This document shows positions 19,472 to 30,321 of a stretch of DNA of 64,000 bases, piece after piece. The position numbers and the translations under genes are program-made. Origin of the DNA: an uncultured bacterium (GTDB lineage Bacteria; Krumholzibacteriota; Krumholzibacteriia; Krumholzibacteriales; Krumholzibacteriaceae); the NCBI GenBank assembly GCA_963786935.1, contig CAWBAN010000004.1, positions 1 to 64,000 on the forward strand, in the 5' to 3' direction. The notes under the pieces were generated by a model, which ran no database searches, was not told where the DNA came from, and saw nothing but the letters and a program-made list of their open reading frames with translations. Within the stretch, counting starts at the first letter, position 1; each line of letters starts with the position of its first letter.

Positions 19472-21811
19472 ATGCGCGCGCGTGCACTTCTTTTATTCGT
19501 TGTCACTGTCGCCCTCGCCTGCGCTCTCTGTCCCCCCGGCGCCGGCGCCGAGCAGTATTCTCAATACTGGGCCAAACGGTTTGGCGACGCCAGCTATCAG
19601 GATTGTTTGGGAATCGCAACGGATTCGAATGGCAATGTATTCATCACCGGATACTTCGGTGGCACCGTGAACTTCGGCGGAGGGCCGCTTACGGGCGCGG
19701 GGACGGATATTTACATCGCCAAATTCGACCCCTTGGGCAATCACCTATGGAGCAAACGTTTCGGCGACGCGGGTATTCAAGTTGCTCGTGGCATCGCGGT
19801 GGATATGGCGACTGACCGGGTGGTTATTACGGGATACTTCGCCGGCAGCGTGGACTTCGGCGGCGGCGCGTTGACGAGCAAGGGCAATTGGGATGTTTTC
19901 GTCGCCAAATTTGACGGCAACGGAACACATCTCTGGAGCAAGGCATTCGGCGACGCGAGTTCGCAGACCGGCGAGGCCGTCGCGGTGCAGAGCTCGGGAG
20001 AGGTCGCCATAATGGGGACTTTCTATGGCACCGTTAACTTTGGCCTGGGAGACCTTACGAGCGCCGGGCAGGGCGACGTGTATATCGCCTACCTCGACCG
20101 TAGCGGTAATGCCCTGTGGAACAAGCGCTTTGGCGATGCAACCTATCAGTTGGCATTCGGCATGGTGTTTGACCACGCCGGGTCGGTGATTCTGGTCGGA
20201 GCATTTGAGGGGGCCGTGAATTTCGGCGGCGAGACACACACGAGTGCGGGAGGCAAAGACATCTTTCTCGCAAAGTTCGATCGCTCTGGAAATTTCCTCT
20301 GGAGCAGAAGGTTCGGCGACGCGGATAACCAATCGGGATATGCCGTCGCAGTCGACGGCTCGAACGATGTCTACATGGCGGGCAGCATGAACGGCACGGT
20401 GAATTTCGGCACCGGCGATCTAACGAGCGCGGGAGGAAGTGACGCCTTTCTGGCAAAGTTTCAGTCGAATGGCGTGCCGTGCTGGAGTAAGAGGTTCGGG
20501 GACGCAAGCTCCCAGGAGACAATGAATCTCGGAGTTGATGCGGATGGCAGGGTGATCATCACGGGGTGGATCTCGAGCTCCATCGATTTCGGCGGAGGTC
20601 TGCTCACGAGTGCGGGCTCATATGACGTTTTCCTGGCGGCGTTTGATCCTGTGGGCATCCATATCTGGAGCCGTTTGTATGGTGACGCGAGCGCTACGAT
20701 GGGCGCGGAGGTTTGCGTCGACGATTCGTGCAACGTATTCGCGGCAGGTCAATTCGAGGGCGCTATCAATTTCGGCGGCGGACTCCTGACGAGTGCGGGC
20801 GATTCGGACATTTACCTGGCGAAGCTATACTTCACGGACCCGAGAATCCTCTCGTGCGCCGACATTCCGGATGACGAAGGCGGGCTCCTCAGAGTCAGAA
20901 TCAGGGCGACGCACCTCGACCGGGAGGGGAGCGGCACTCCCATCACGGGATACACGATTTGGAGGGAGATCGACGCCGCGGCGTTGTGGGATGAGTCGGC
21001 GCGCCCGGGCGCGCCTCTCGGCCTGCCTCCCGGCTCGTGGGAATCGGTTGGATTCGCCTTCGCGACGCAAGACCAATTCTACAACTTTGCCATTCCGACG
21101 ATGGCGGATTCGACAGCGAGCGGCATGCCGTGGGAGACGTATATCGTCACGGCCCACACGGGCACGCCGAGCGTTTACTTCACCTCGCGTGCCGACAGCG
21201 GCTACTCCGTGGACAATCTGCCGCCGGTGATGCCGCTCGGGCTCGAGGGAGAGCAAGGCTATTCGCCGGACGGGCTCGCGCTCACGTGGACGCCGAATGT
21301 GGAAGGGGATCTCGCGTGGTATTATGTGTACCGCGGCACGTCGGCCGCGTTCGTGCCGGGGCCATCGAACCGCGTCGGCGCATCTCAGACTCCGGACTTC
21401 TTCGACGATGAATGGGACTGGAGCGCGGGCTACTACTACAAGGTGGCGGCGGTCGACAGGCACGGGAACGAAAGCGGCTACGCGCTCCTCACGCCGGAGA
21501 CGATCACGGGCGACGAGACGCCGAAGGCGCCGGGCGCGAGCTTCCTCGCGCAGAACTTCCCGAATCCGTTTAATCCGACGACTCGAATAGCCTTCGGGCT
21601 CGCGGCGCCGGCGAATGTGTCGCTGCGGATCTATGACGCGGCGGGGCGCCTCGTACGTGTGCTCGCCGAGGGCGCGCGCTCCGCGGGAAATTACTCCGAG
21701 CTCTGGGACGGCCGGGACTCTCGAGGCGCCGCCGTCGCGAGCGGGATCTATTTCTACCGGCTCACGGCGGGGACGTTCACGCAGACGAGGAAGATGGCGC
21801 TTCTGAGGTGA
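19472..21811 (+). CDS. Secreted SBBP-like beta-propeller (WSKRFGD repeats) protein with FN3-like and CTD
   Basis: RBS AAGGAGG; signal peptide; repeats W(S/A)KRFGD...G.V.FGGG.LTS.G..D.F.AK; same C-terminal module as its neighbours. Confidence 0.88.
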   Translation: MRARALLLFVVTVALACALCPPGAGAEQYSQYWAKRFGDASYQDCLGIATDSNGNVFITGYFGGTVNFGGGPLTGAGTDIYIAKFDPLGNHLWSKRFGDAGIQVARGIAVDMATDRVVITGYFAGSVDFGGGALTSKGNWDVFVAKFDGNGTHLWSKAFGDASSQTGEAVAVQSSGEVAIMGTFYGTVNFGLGDLTSAGQGDVYIAYLDRSGNALWNKRFGDATYQLAFGMVFDHAGSVILVGAFEGAVNFGGETHTSAGGKDIFLAKFDRSGNFLWSRRFGDADNQSGYAVAVDGSNDVYMAGSMNGTVNFGTGDLTSAGGSDAFLAKFQSNGVPCWSKRFGDASSQETMNLGVDADGRVIITGWISSSIDFGGGLLTSAGSYDVFLAAFDPVGIHIWSRLYGDASATMGAEVCVDDSCNVFAAGQFEGAINFGGGLLTSAGDSDIYLAKLYFTDPRILSCADIPDDEGGLLRVRIRATHLDREGSGTPITGYTIWREIDAAALWDESARPGAPLGLPPGSWESVGFAFATQDQFYNFAIPTMADSTASGMPWETYIVTAHTGTPSVYFTSRADSGYSVDNLPPVMPLGLEGEQGYSPDGLALTWTPNVEGDLAWYYVYRGTSAAFVPGPSNRVGASQTPDFFDDEWDWSAGYYYKVAAVDRHGNESGYALLTPETITGDETPKAPGASFLAQNFPNPFNPTTRIAFGLAAPANVSLRIYDAAGRLVRVLAEGARSAGNYSELWDGRDSRGAAVASGIYFYRLTAGTFTQTRKMALLR

Positions 21812-21832
21812 TTCCGGCGCTCTCGAAATCGA

Positions 21833-21861
21833 TTGAATAATCGCCGCATCTATGCTATAAT
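21833..21861 (+). promoter_or_regulatory. Sigma70-type promoter TTGAAT-N17-TATAAT (extended TG)
   Basis: Near-consensus hexamers with 17-nt spacer upstream of 21931. Confidence 0.6.
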
Positions 21862-21930
21862 CAACGGATTATAGGTGTCCGGGCGGGCAATCGTGCCTAC
21901 AACTCATCGTCTTGCCTCGGGGGGTGCTCC

Positions 21931-24347
21931 ATGCGTCGAAAGGTGTCGTTCCGTCCCTGGCTTTGCCTGATTCTGCTGCTCTTCGCCGCGCCGCTTCATG
22001 CGGAGTGGGAACAAGATGGAAACGGAATTTGCATCACATCCGCGAGCCAGCAATATCAGCGGATCGTAACGGACGGCGAGAACGGGGCGATCGTCGCATT
22101 CATTGCGCAGGAGAGCGGGGGCTATTGTCTCTATGTCCAGCGGCTCGACGCATACGGAAATCCCCTGTGGGACTCGAACGGCTTGAAGCTGCGCCCCTCG
22201 TCCAACCTCAACTACCCGCCGATCGCGATGATTCCCGACGGCGCCGGCGGCGCCATCGTCGCATGGCATGACTATCTCCCCACGGAAGGCATCTACGCCC
22301 AGCGTATCGACGGCAACGGCAACCTTCTCTGGAATCCGGCCGGCGTCGCCATCTGCACGGCCAGCGGGTATCAGGAAAATTCCCAGCTGGCGGCCGACGG
22401 CGCCGGGGGTGCCTACGTCGTATGGCAGGACATGCGCGGCGGCAGCTATTATGACATCTACGCGCAGCGCGCTCAATGCGAGCGGCACCGTGCTCTGGGT
22501 CGCCGACGGCGTAAGCGTGTGCACCGCGACGAGCGATCAGGAGACTCCGCAGATTACCGCGGACCGGTTCGGCGCGTATGTCGTCTGGAAGGACTATCGC
22601 GCCGGCAACTATGATATCTACGCTCAGAAGCTCTCCTCCGACGGCACCGCGCAGTGGACGTCGAACGGCGTCGGCCGTTTGCAACGCGACGCTGATTCAG
22701 GAGTATCCGGAAATCATTCCCACGGGATACGGAGGCGCAATCTTCGCATGGCAGGACTGGCGGAGCGGCGATCCGGCCGCGTACATTCAGCATTTGGACT
22801 ATTGGGGTGCACGGGTGTGGCCGTTGAACGGCTTCGCCGTCACCTCGCTGGCCGGCACCAATCGTCGCCCGCGGCTCGTCTCCAGCGGAGTCACCGCGGG
22901 ATCGGTCGTTGTCTGGGAGCAGGGAGTCGGCTGCTTTAAGGACATCTATGCCCAGAGATTCGATGGAGCTGGAGCGGCGCAGTGGACCGTCGACGGCGTC
23001 TCTGTCTGCACGGCGAGCCTCAACCAGACCGAGCCGAGGATCGCCAGCGACAAGGAGGGTAATCTGTTCATCATATGGGTGGATGGGAGGATTGCGTACG
23101 AGAGCGATATCTATGCGCAGAAGTTGAGTTCCTCCGGGACGCCGATATGGGCGGCGAACGGAGTGTCGGTATGCTCCGCGCCGCTGACGCAGGCGGATCC
23201 CTGGATCGTCACCGACGCGACGCGCGGTATTCTCGCGGTGTGGACGGACGCCCGCAGCAGCAATAACGACGTTTATGCCCAACGCATCGAGGAGAACGGC
23301 TACTGGGGATATCCCGCGCCCGACATCTACAAGGTGCGCGACGTGCCCGGGGATCAGGGCGGCCAGGTGTCGCTCGCGTGGTACTCGAGCCGGCTCGATC
23401 CGCTCCCCGACGCGGCAATCTCGGAATACACGGTATGGCGCGCGATCAATTGGACGGAGGCCTCCCTCGCCCTCGCCGGCGGAGCGCGCATGCTGAAGGA
23501 CGTCTCGGAGCTCGACGCCGCTCCCGGCGCGCGCGCGATCAGGACGCAGGCGCTCGGCGGAAAAACGTATTTCTGGGAGCTCGTCTCTTCGATCGACGCG
23601 TACCACCTCACGAGCTATTCGAAGACGGTGGAGACGCTCTTCGATTCCACGGCGGCGTGTTCCGACTGGAACTACTTCCAGGTCATCGCCCACACGAGCG
23701 ATTCGAAGGTCTTCTGGATCTCGGAGCCCGACAGCGTGCGCTCGGTCGACAACCTGTCGCCGGCGGCCCCCGCCGGTCTCGCGGGCGAACAGGTGTACAC
23801 GCCCGCCGGGCTCGAGCTCACGTGGAGCCCGAATGCCGAGAGCGACCTCGGCGGCTACGCGATCTATCGCGGGACGTCGGCGGGATTCGTGCCGGGGCCG
23901 GGCAATCTCGTCGCCTCGACGCCCGACACGCTCTATCTCGACGGCATGTGGAGCTGGAGCGGCGGGTACTACTACAAGGTCGCCGCGGTTGACATTCACG
24001 GGAACGTGAGCGGCTACGCGCTTCTTGCGCCCGAGACGATCACGGACACCGATACGCCGAAGGCGCCCGCGGCGAGCTTCCTCGCGCAGAACTTCCCGAA
24101 TCCCTTCAACCCGACGACGAAGATCGCCTTCGGCCTCGCGGCGCCCGCGAACGTCTCGCTGCGAATCTATGACGCGGCGGGCCGCCTCGTGCGTACGCTC
24201 GTGGAGGACGCGCGCCCGGCGGGGAATTACTCCGAGCTCTGGGACGGCCGGGACTCGGGCGGCCGCGCGGTCGCGAGCGGGATCTATTTCTACCGGCTCA
24301 CGGCGGGAGCATTCACCGAGACGCGCAAGATGGCGCTGCTTCGATAA
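21931..24347 (+). CDS. Secreted propeller-repeat/FN3/CTD protein, paralogue 4 (frameshifts near 22470 and 22675)
   Basis: Signal peptide; DGAGGAIVAW repeats; DVPGDQGG; CTD. Confidence 0.85.
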
Positions 24348-24371
24348 GGCCTTTCTTTGATTTTGCCTGAG

Positions 24372-24412
24372 GGCTCGTGCGGGGGCGATTCGAAATCGTT
24401 CCCGCACGAGCC
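24372..24412 (+). terminator. Stem-loop after the CTD gene cluster
   Basis: GGCTCGTGCGGGGGCGATT-CGA-AATCGTTCCCGCACGAGCC; no clear U-tract. Confidence 0.5.
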
Positions 24413-24510
24413 GGATATCCCCCTGCGACAATAATTTTTCCCCCCGTTTTCTTCTATTTATTTGAAACTCGTTTCATAATTTTTCGTTTAAGGAGATAGG
24501 AGGAGCTTCC

Positions 24511-25493
24511 ATGGCCAGACGCCCGGACATATTCGCGGAGCTCGGGGAGTTCGCCCTCGCGAGCCGGCTCAGGCGGCTGAGCGAGACGATGATGGCCGAA
24601 GGGGAAGAGCTCTACCGCGATCTCGGCATCTCGTTCAAACCCAAATGGTTTCCCGCGTTCTACGCCCTGAGCAAGAGGTCCCCGCTGGCGGTGGGGGAGC
24701 TCGCGGCGGAGCTCGGCGTGAGCCATACGGCGGTCGCGAAGATCGCGGCCGAGATGCAGCGCGCCGGGCTCGTCCGGGCCGCGAGCGACGGGCGCGGGGA
24801 CAAGAGGCGCAGCCTCTATGCCCTCACCCCCGCCGGGAAGCGAACCCTCCGGCGCCTCGGGCCGGTCTGGCGGGAGATCGGGAAGGGCCGCGAAGGCGAT
24901 CCTCGCCGAAGCAGGCGTCGATCTGCTTTCCGGATATCGAGCGATTCGAGCGGGCCTTCGCGCGGCGCAGCGTCGTCGATCGGGCTCGGGAGCCCCTGCG
25001 CCTCGAGCCCCGGCGGCGCCTCGCGATCGTGGACTACCGGCCCGCGTTCAAGAAGCACTTCCGGAGCCTGAACGAGGAATGGCTCCTCCATCATTTCACG
25101 ATAGAGAAGGAAGACGCGGCGGTCCTCGCCGATCCGATGGGGCGCGTCGTCCGCACGGGCGGCTGCGTTCTCTTCGCCCTCTGGGACGGCGACGTCGCGG
25201 GGACCTGCGCGGTTTTGAAGCATCCGGGCGGCCAGCTCGAGCTATGCAAAATGGCGGTGCGGCCTGATCTCCGGCGCCAGGGCATAGGTGGGGCCCTCGT
25301 GGGGGCGGCGGTCGACCGTGCCCGCTCGATGGGCGCCCGGATGCTCTTTTTGCGAACGAGCCCCGAGCTCGTCGACGCGATTCGCCTCTATCGCCGCGCG
25401 GGATTCAGGCGCATCGCGAGCGATCCGCTCGGCTGCTGCAGGATGTGCCGGAAGAGCTTCACCATGAGAATCGATCTGGACCGCGGCGCGTAA
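24511..25493 (+). CDS. MarR-HTH / GNAT acetyltransferase fusion (frameshift near 24890)
   Basis: LGEFALASRLRRLS...HTAVAKI...DKRRS (MarR); FRSLNEEWL, ELCKMAV.P..RRQGIG, AIRLYRRAGF (GNAT). Confidence 0.88.
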
Positions 25494-25552
25494 CGCGCGG
25501 CCTTCGATAGGGAATACATGCAGGGAATACATGCCATGAAAGGAGCCGCATT

Positions 25553-26957
25553 ATGAAACGCGAACGCCCCCGGGTAGTAGAGCGCGCCGCGCGCCGCTTG
25601 CCGTTCGGAATTCTCGTCGCCATCTTCATCCTCACCGCCGTCGCGATCGTGATATTGACGAACGGCGCCTCGGGACAGATGCGCCCCGCGAGCAGGGGAG
25701 AGCTCCCCGCCATCGACGCGAAGACGCAGGCGGCCGTCATCGACAGCATCACGGCCGCCCTCAACGAGACGTACGTCTTCGCCGACAAGGCGGCGCGGAT
25801 GGATTCGCTCCTGCGCGCGAGCTACGCCGCGGGCGCCTACCGCGATCTCACGGATCCCGCCGACTTCATGGCGCGGCTTCAGGAGGACGTGGCGAAGATC
25901 TATTTCGACCGGCACATGGGGATGATGGCGCTCCCGCCGGGATCGATTCCCGCGAATATGTCGTCGGACGATCCCTATGCCGCCGAGGCGTTCCGCGAGC
26001 GGATGCGCCGCGCGAACTACGGCTTCAGGAAGGCCGAGATCCTTCCCGGGAACGTCGGGTACGTCAAGTTCAACCAGTTCGCCGATACCGACCTCGGGGG
26101 GCCGACCGCGGCCGGCGCGATGGCCTTCGTGGCGAACGCGGACGCCCTCATCGTCGATCTGCGGGACAACGGCGGCGGGAGCGCGTCGATGATCCAGCTC
26201 CTCACCGGCTATCTCTTCAAGGACAGCGTGCACCTCATCGATTGGTACAGCCGCCGCGAGGACAAGACGGGGCAGTCGTGGAGCAACGACTGGGTGCCGG
26301 GGAAGACGATGTACGACACGCCGGTCTACGTCCTCGTGAGCGGCCGGACGGGCTCGGCCGCCGAGGAGTTCACCTTCGACCTCAAGAACCAGAAGCGCGC
26401 GACGATCGTCGGCGAGACGACGGGCGGCGCCGGGAACACGGTCGAGTTCCGCTCGTACGATATGGGCTCCTTCATCGCGTGGCTCAAGCTCCCGAACGCG
26501 CGGGCGCTCGATCCCGAAACGAACATCGGATGGGAGGCCGTGGGCGTGAAGCCGGACATCGAGGTGCCGGCCGCCAAGGCGCTCGCCGCGGCGCATGTCG
26601 ACGCGATCAAGAAGCTCGAGGAGAAGGCGAGAGGACCCCGACGCGAAGCGGGTCCTCGCGTGGGCGCGCGCGGGCATCGAGTGGGAGCTCTCGCCGTATA
26701 CGCCGTCGTCGAAGGAGCTCAAGGAATACGTGGGCACTTACGGCCCGCGGAAGTTCTTCATGGAGGGCTCCAAGCTCGTGTATCAGCGCGAGTCGAGGCC
26801 GAAGATGACCGCCGTGCCGATGGCCAAGGACCTCTTCGGCTTCGAGGGCGTGGAGTATTTCAGGGTGAAGTTCACGCGCGACGCCTCGGGCGCCGTCGAC
26901 GGCATCGTCGCGATGTATGACGAAGGCATGGAGGAGCGGAACGCGAAGGGGAAGTGA
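25553..26957 (+). CDS. S41 family peptidase, copy 1 (frameshift near 26630)
   Basis: GNVGYVKF, LIVDLRDNGGG, TGSAAEEF, IVGETTGG, GVKPDI. Confidence 0.9.
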
Positions 26958-27012
26958 GTCCTCCGTCGCGGCCGATCGACATGGGAAAAACGATGCGAAA
27001 GGAGAGCACTCC

Positions 27013-28419
27013 ATGAGACGGGAACGCCCCAGGGCAGCGGTGCGCGTCACGCGAGACCGCTTTCCATTCGAAATTCTCACAGGGATCTTCATCTTTGCCG
27101 CCGTCGTGATAGTCATATTCACGGACGGCGCCTCGGGGCAGCTTCCGAGCGTGGGTAGGGGGGATCTCCCCCCGATCGATGCGAAGACGCAGGCCGCCGT
27201 CATCGACAGCATCACGGCCGCCCTCAGCGAGTCGTACGTCTTCGCCGACAAGGCGGCGCGGATGGATTCGCTCCTGCGCGCGAATCTCGCCGCGGGGGCC
27301 TACCGCACGGTCACGGACCCGGCCGCGTTCATGGAGCGGCTTCAGGCGGACGTGGCGAAGATCTACCTCGACCGGCATATGCAAATGGCTGCGATGCCGC
27401 CGGGAGGGATGAAGATAAGAACCGCTGAGGATAGCCCGTGCACCGCGGACGCGTTGCGCGAGCAGGTCCGCCGCGGCAACTACGGCTTCAGAAAGGCGGA
27501 GCTCCTCGCGGGGAACGTCGGCTACGTGAAATTCAACCAGTTCGTCAATACCGATATCGCCGGCTCCACGGCGGCGGCCGCGATGGCATTCGTCGCGAAC
27601 ACCGACGCCGTCATCATCGACCTGCGCGACAACGGCGGCGGGAACGCGTCGATGATCCAGTTCCTCGCCGGCTATTTCTTCGAAAAGTCGAAGCATCTCA
27701 TCGACTGGTACCATCGCCGCGAAAACGAGACGATCCAGTCGTGGAGCGATAACTGGGTGCCGGGGAAGCGGATTCTCGATCAGCCGGTCTACATCCTCGT
27801 GAGCGGATTCACCGGCTCGGCGGCCGAGGAGTTCACGTACGACCTCCAGAACGAGAAGCGCGCGACGATCGTCGGGGAGACGACGGGCGGCGCCGCGCAC
27901 ACCGTCGAGTTTCGCACGTATAACGTCGGCGCGTTCACCGCGGGGCTCAAGCTCCCGAGCGGCCGGGCGATCAGCCCCGTGACGAAAACGAACTGGGAGG
28001 TCGTGGGCGTGAAGCCCGACATCGCGGTGCCGGCCGACCAGGCGCTCGCCGCGGCGCACCTCGACGCGCTGAAGAAGCTCGAGGAGAATGCAAAGGACGG
28101 GGTCGCGAAGGCCGCCCTCGCCTGGGCGCGCGCGGGGCTCGAGAGCTCGCTCGAGCCGTACGCTCCGACCGCGAAGGAGCTCGGGGAGTACGTCGGCGCG
28201 TACGGCCCGCGGAGATTCTCCGTCGAGGGGTCGAAGCTCGTCTATGAACGCGAGGGGCGTCCGAAGATGGCCCTCGTCCCGATGGGCAGGGATCTCTTCG
28301 CCCCCCAGGGGGTCGAGTCCTTCAGGGTGAGATTCACGCGCAACGCCTCGGGCGCCGTCGACGGGGCCGTCGGCATGTACGACGACGGCCGGGAGGAAAG
28401 GAATCCGAAGGGGAAGTGA
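27013..28419 (+). CDS. S41 family peptidase, copy 2
   Basis: Tandem paralogue with the same motifs; RBS AGGAG. Confidence 0.9.
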   Translation: MRRERPRAAVRVTRDRFPFEILTGIFIFAAVVIVIFTDGASGQLPSVGRGDLPPIDAKTQAAVIDSITAALSESYVFADKAARMDSLLRANLAAGAYRTVTDPAAFMERLQADVAKIYLDRHMQMAAMPPGGMKIRTAEDSPCTADALREQVRRGNYGFRKAELLAGNVGYVKFNQFVNTDIAGSTAAAAMAFVANTDAVIIDLRDNGGGNASMIQFLAGYFFEKSKHLIDWYHRRENETIQSWSDNWVPGKRILDQPVYILVSGFTGSAAEEFTYDLQNEKRATIVGETTGGAAHTVEFRTYNVGAFTAGLKLPSGRAISPVTKTNWEVVGVKPDIAVPADQALAAAHLDALKKLEENAKDGVAKAALAWARAGLESSLEPYAPTAKELGEYVGAYGPRRFSVEGSKLVYEREGRPKMALVPMGRDLFAPQGVESFRVRFTRNASGAVDGAVGMYDDGREERNPKGK

Positions 28420-28559
28420 GGCCGCCGTCGCGGCCGCAGGCGATTGACGGGGCGCGGTAGCGGATGGGTCCGCGGCGCCCCGTTACCTCTTTTCATCCGG
28501 GCAACTTTCTGGTAGGATTCGCGTAGCCTTAATCTGACCTATACAGAAGGGAGCCCGCC

Positions 28560-30260
28560 ATGAAGTCGCGTCTCTTTGCTCTATTCGTCATGACGTTCGT
28601 TGCGGCCGTTGCGATCGCCGCCACGATCCCGGCCTCCGCCCCCACGGCGACCCCCGCCGCCAAAACCCCGGCCGAATACATCGCCGAGGCGCAGGCCCTC
28701 GCGAACGGCGGGAAGCTTCCCGAGGCGATCGCGCTGCTTCAGGAAGGCGCGGCTGCGCATCCGCAGAGCCCGGACGTATTCGCCTATCTCGGATTATATG
28801 TCGGGCAGACGGCCGGCCAGCAGGGCGCGAACTACACCGAGGCGATGCGCATCATGACGGAGAGCTACGGCTACCTCGACAAGGCGGTCGAGCTCGGCCC
28901 CGAGAATCCCCTCGGCTACTTCTACCGCGGCATCATGAGCGTGAACGTGCCGGTCTTCCTCGGGAAGCTCCCCGCCGGCATCGCCGACATGAAGAAGGTC
29001 GTCGAGATTCACGGGAAGACTCCCGCCGCGGTCGCCCCCGAGATGCTCGTCACCGCGTATGCGATGCTCGGGAAAGGATATGAGGCCGGCGGCAATCCGA
29101 CCGACGCCCGTACGAGCTATGAGATGGTCCTGAAGCTGGCGCCGGGAACGGAAACCGCGAAAGCGGCCGAGGAGCGCCTCGCTGCTATCGCCCCGGCCGT
29201 CAAGAAAGTGTGGCCCCCGTTCCTCACGCCGCGGCCCGACGATCCGGCCGACATAGCGGCGCTCAAAAAGCGCATCGAGGCCGAGCCGATGAAGGCCGCA
29301 CCGTACCTCGATCTCGCGAAAGCCTACATCGCGGCGAATCGCCTCGAGGACGCGCGCGGGACGCTCCACGCGCACAACGAGGTCGATCCCAAGAACGTCG
29401 AGGCCTATCGGCTCCTCTTCGAAACGGTCGGCGCGCTCGCGAACGTCGGCTACGATCCGAAGATCTCCGAGGACACGCGCTACCGCACGACCCTCGCTTT
29501 CGAGGCGATGAGCGCCGCCGACAAGATAGTCGAGCTCGCGCCGAACGACGTCGCCGCCCGGCTCGCCCGCGGCGTGACGGGCATCTCGATGCCCTTCTTC
29601 GTCGGCAAGCTCGATCAGGGCGTGACCGATCTCGAGTGGGTCCTCAAGAACACGAAGTCGGCCACCGACAGCGCCTCGGCGATGTATTGGCTCGGCGCCG
29701 CGCGCATGCGCCAGTCGACGCGCTTCTGGCTCGACGTCGCGACGAAGTTCCCCGATACCGACGCGGCGCGGCAGGCGATGGCCGGGATGCGCCCCGTGGA
29801 GCCCGACTTCGACCTGAGCAAGGCCGTGAAGCCGGTCGTCACGATCGACTTCGTGTCGGGATTCCGGGACGAGCTCGCCCCCCAGATCGCGATCTGGATC
29901 GAGGACGCCGCCGAAAAGCACGTGAAGACCGTGTACGTCTCCGGCTTCGCCGGGCACGTGAAGGGCAAGCAGGTCACGCTCCCCGTCTGGGCCGCGATCT
30001 CGAACTTCGAGGGCGCGGACGCCGTGACGGGCGCCAGCATCGACGTCGGCCACTACGTGTACGCGTGGGATTGCAAGGGCCTCGACGGGAACCCCGTGAA
30101 GCCCGGCACGTACACGGTGAAGGTCGAGGTCGCCCACTGGCCGAGCATGCGCTATCAGCTCGCCGAGACGGCCATCACGGTCGGGAAGAAGGAAGCGAGC
30201 GTCCGCGTCGAGGAAGGCGACTACATCCCCTCCCTCGTCGTGACGTACTATCCGAAGTGA
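28560..30260 (+). CDS. Exported TPR protein with C-terminal DUF2271-like domain
   Basis: Signal peptide; TPR helices; PQIAIWIED..KHVKTVYVS...DAVTGAS...AWDCK..DGNPVKPGTYTVKVE. Confidence 0.75.
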   Translation: MKSRLFALFVMTFVAAVAIAATIPASAPTATPAAKTPAEYIAEAQALANGGKLPEAIALLQEGAAAHPQSPDVFAYLGLYVGQTAGQQGANYTEAMRIMTESYGYLDKAVELGPENPLGYFYRGIMSVNVPVFLGKLPAGIADMKKVVEIHGKTPAAVAPEMLVTAYAMLGKGYEAGGNPTDARTSYEMVLKLAPGTETAKAAEERLAAIAPAVKKVWPPFLTPRPDDPADIAALKKRIEAEPMKAAPYLDLAKAYIAANRLEDARGTLHAHNEVDPKNVEAYRLLFETVGALANVGYDPKISEDTRYRTTLAFEAMSAADKIVELAPNDVAARLARGVTGISMPFFVGKLDQGVTDLEWVLKNTKSATDSASAMYWLGAARMRQSTRFWLDVATKFPDTDAARQAMAGMRPVEPDFDLSKAVKPVVTIDFVSGFRDELAPQIAIWIEDAAEKHVKTVYVSGFAGHVKGKQVTLPVWAAISNFEGADAVTGASIDVGHYVYAWDCKGLDGNPVKPGTYTVKVEVAHWPSMRYQLAETAITVGKKEASVRVEEGDYIPSLVVTYYPK

Positions 30261-30321
30261 GCGTGAGCTGCGCCGAAAACACGGCGCACGGCCCCGCGAG
30301 AAAAGCGAGATCGAGCAACCG

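Noticed and set aside
14353..24347. Diversity-generating retroelement (TR/VR) explaining the near-identical 3' ends
   Set aside because: No reverse transcriptase in the window, differences are not adenine-specific, and all copies are coding.
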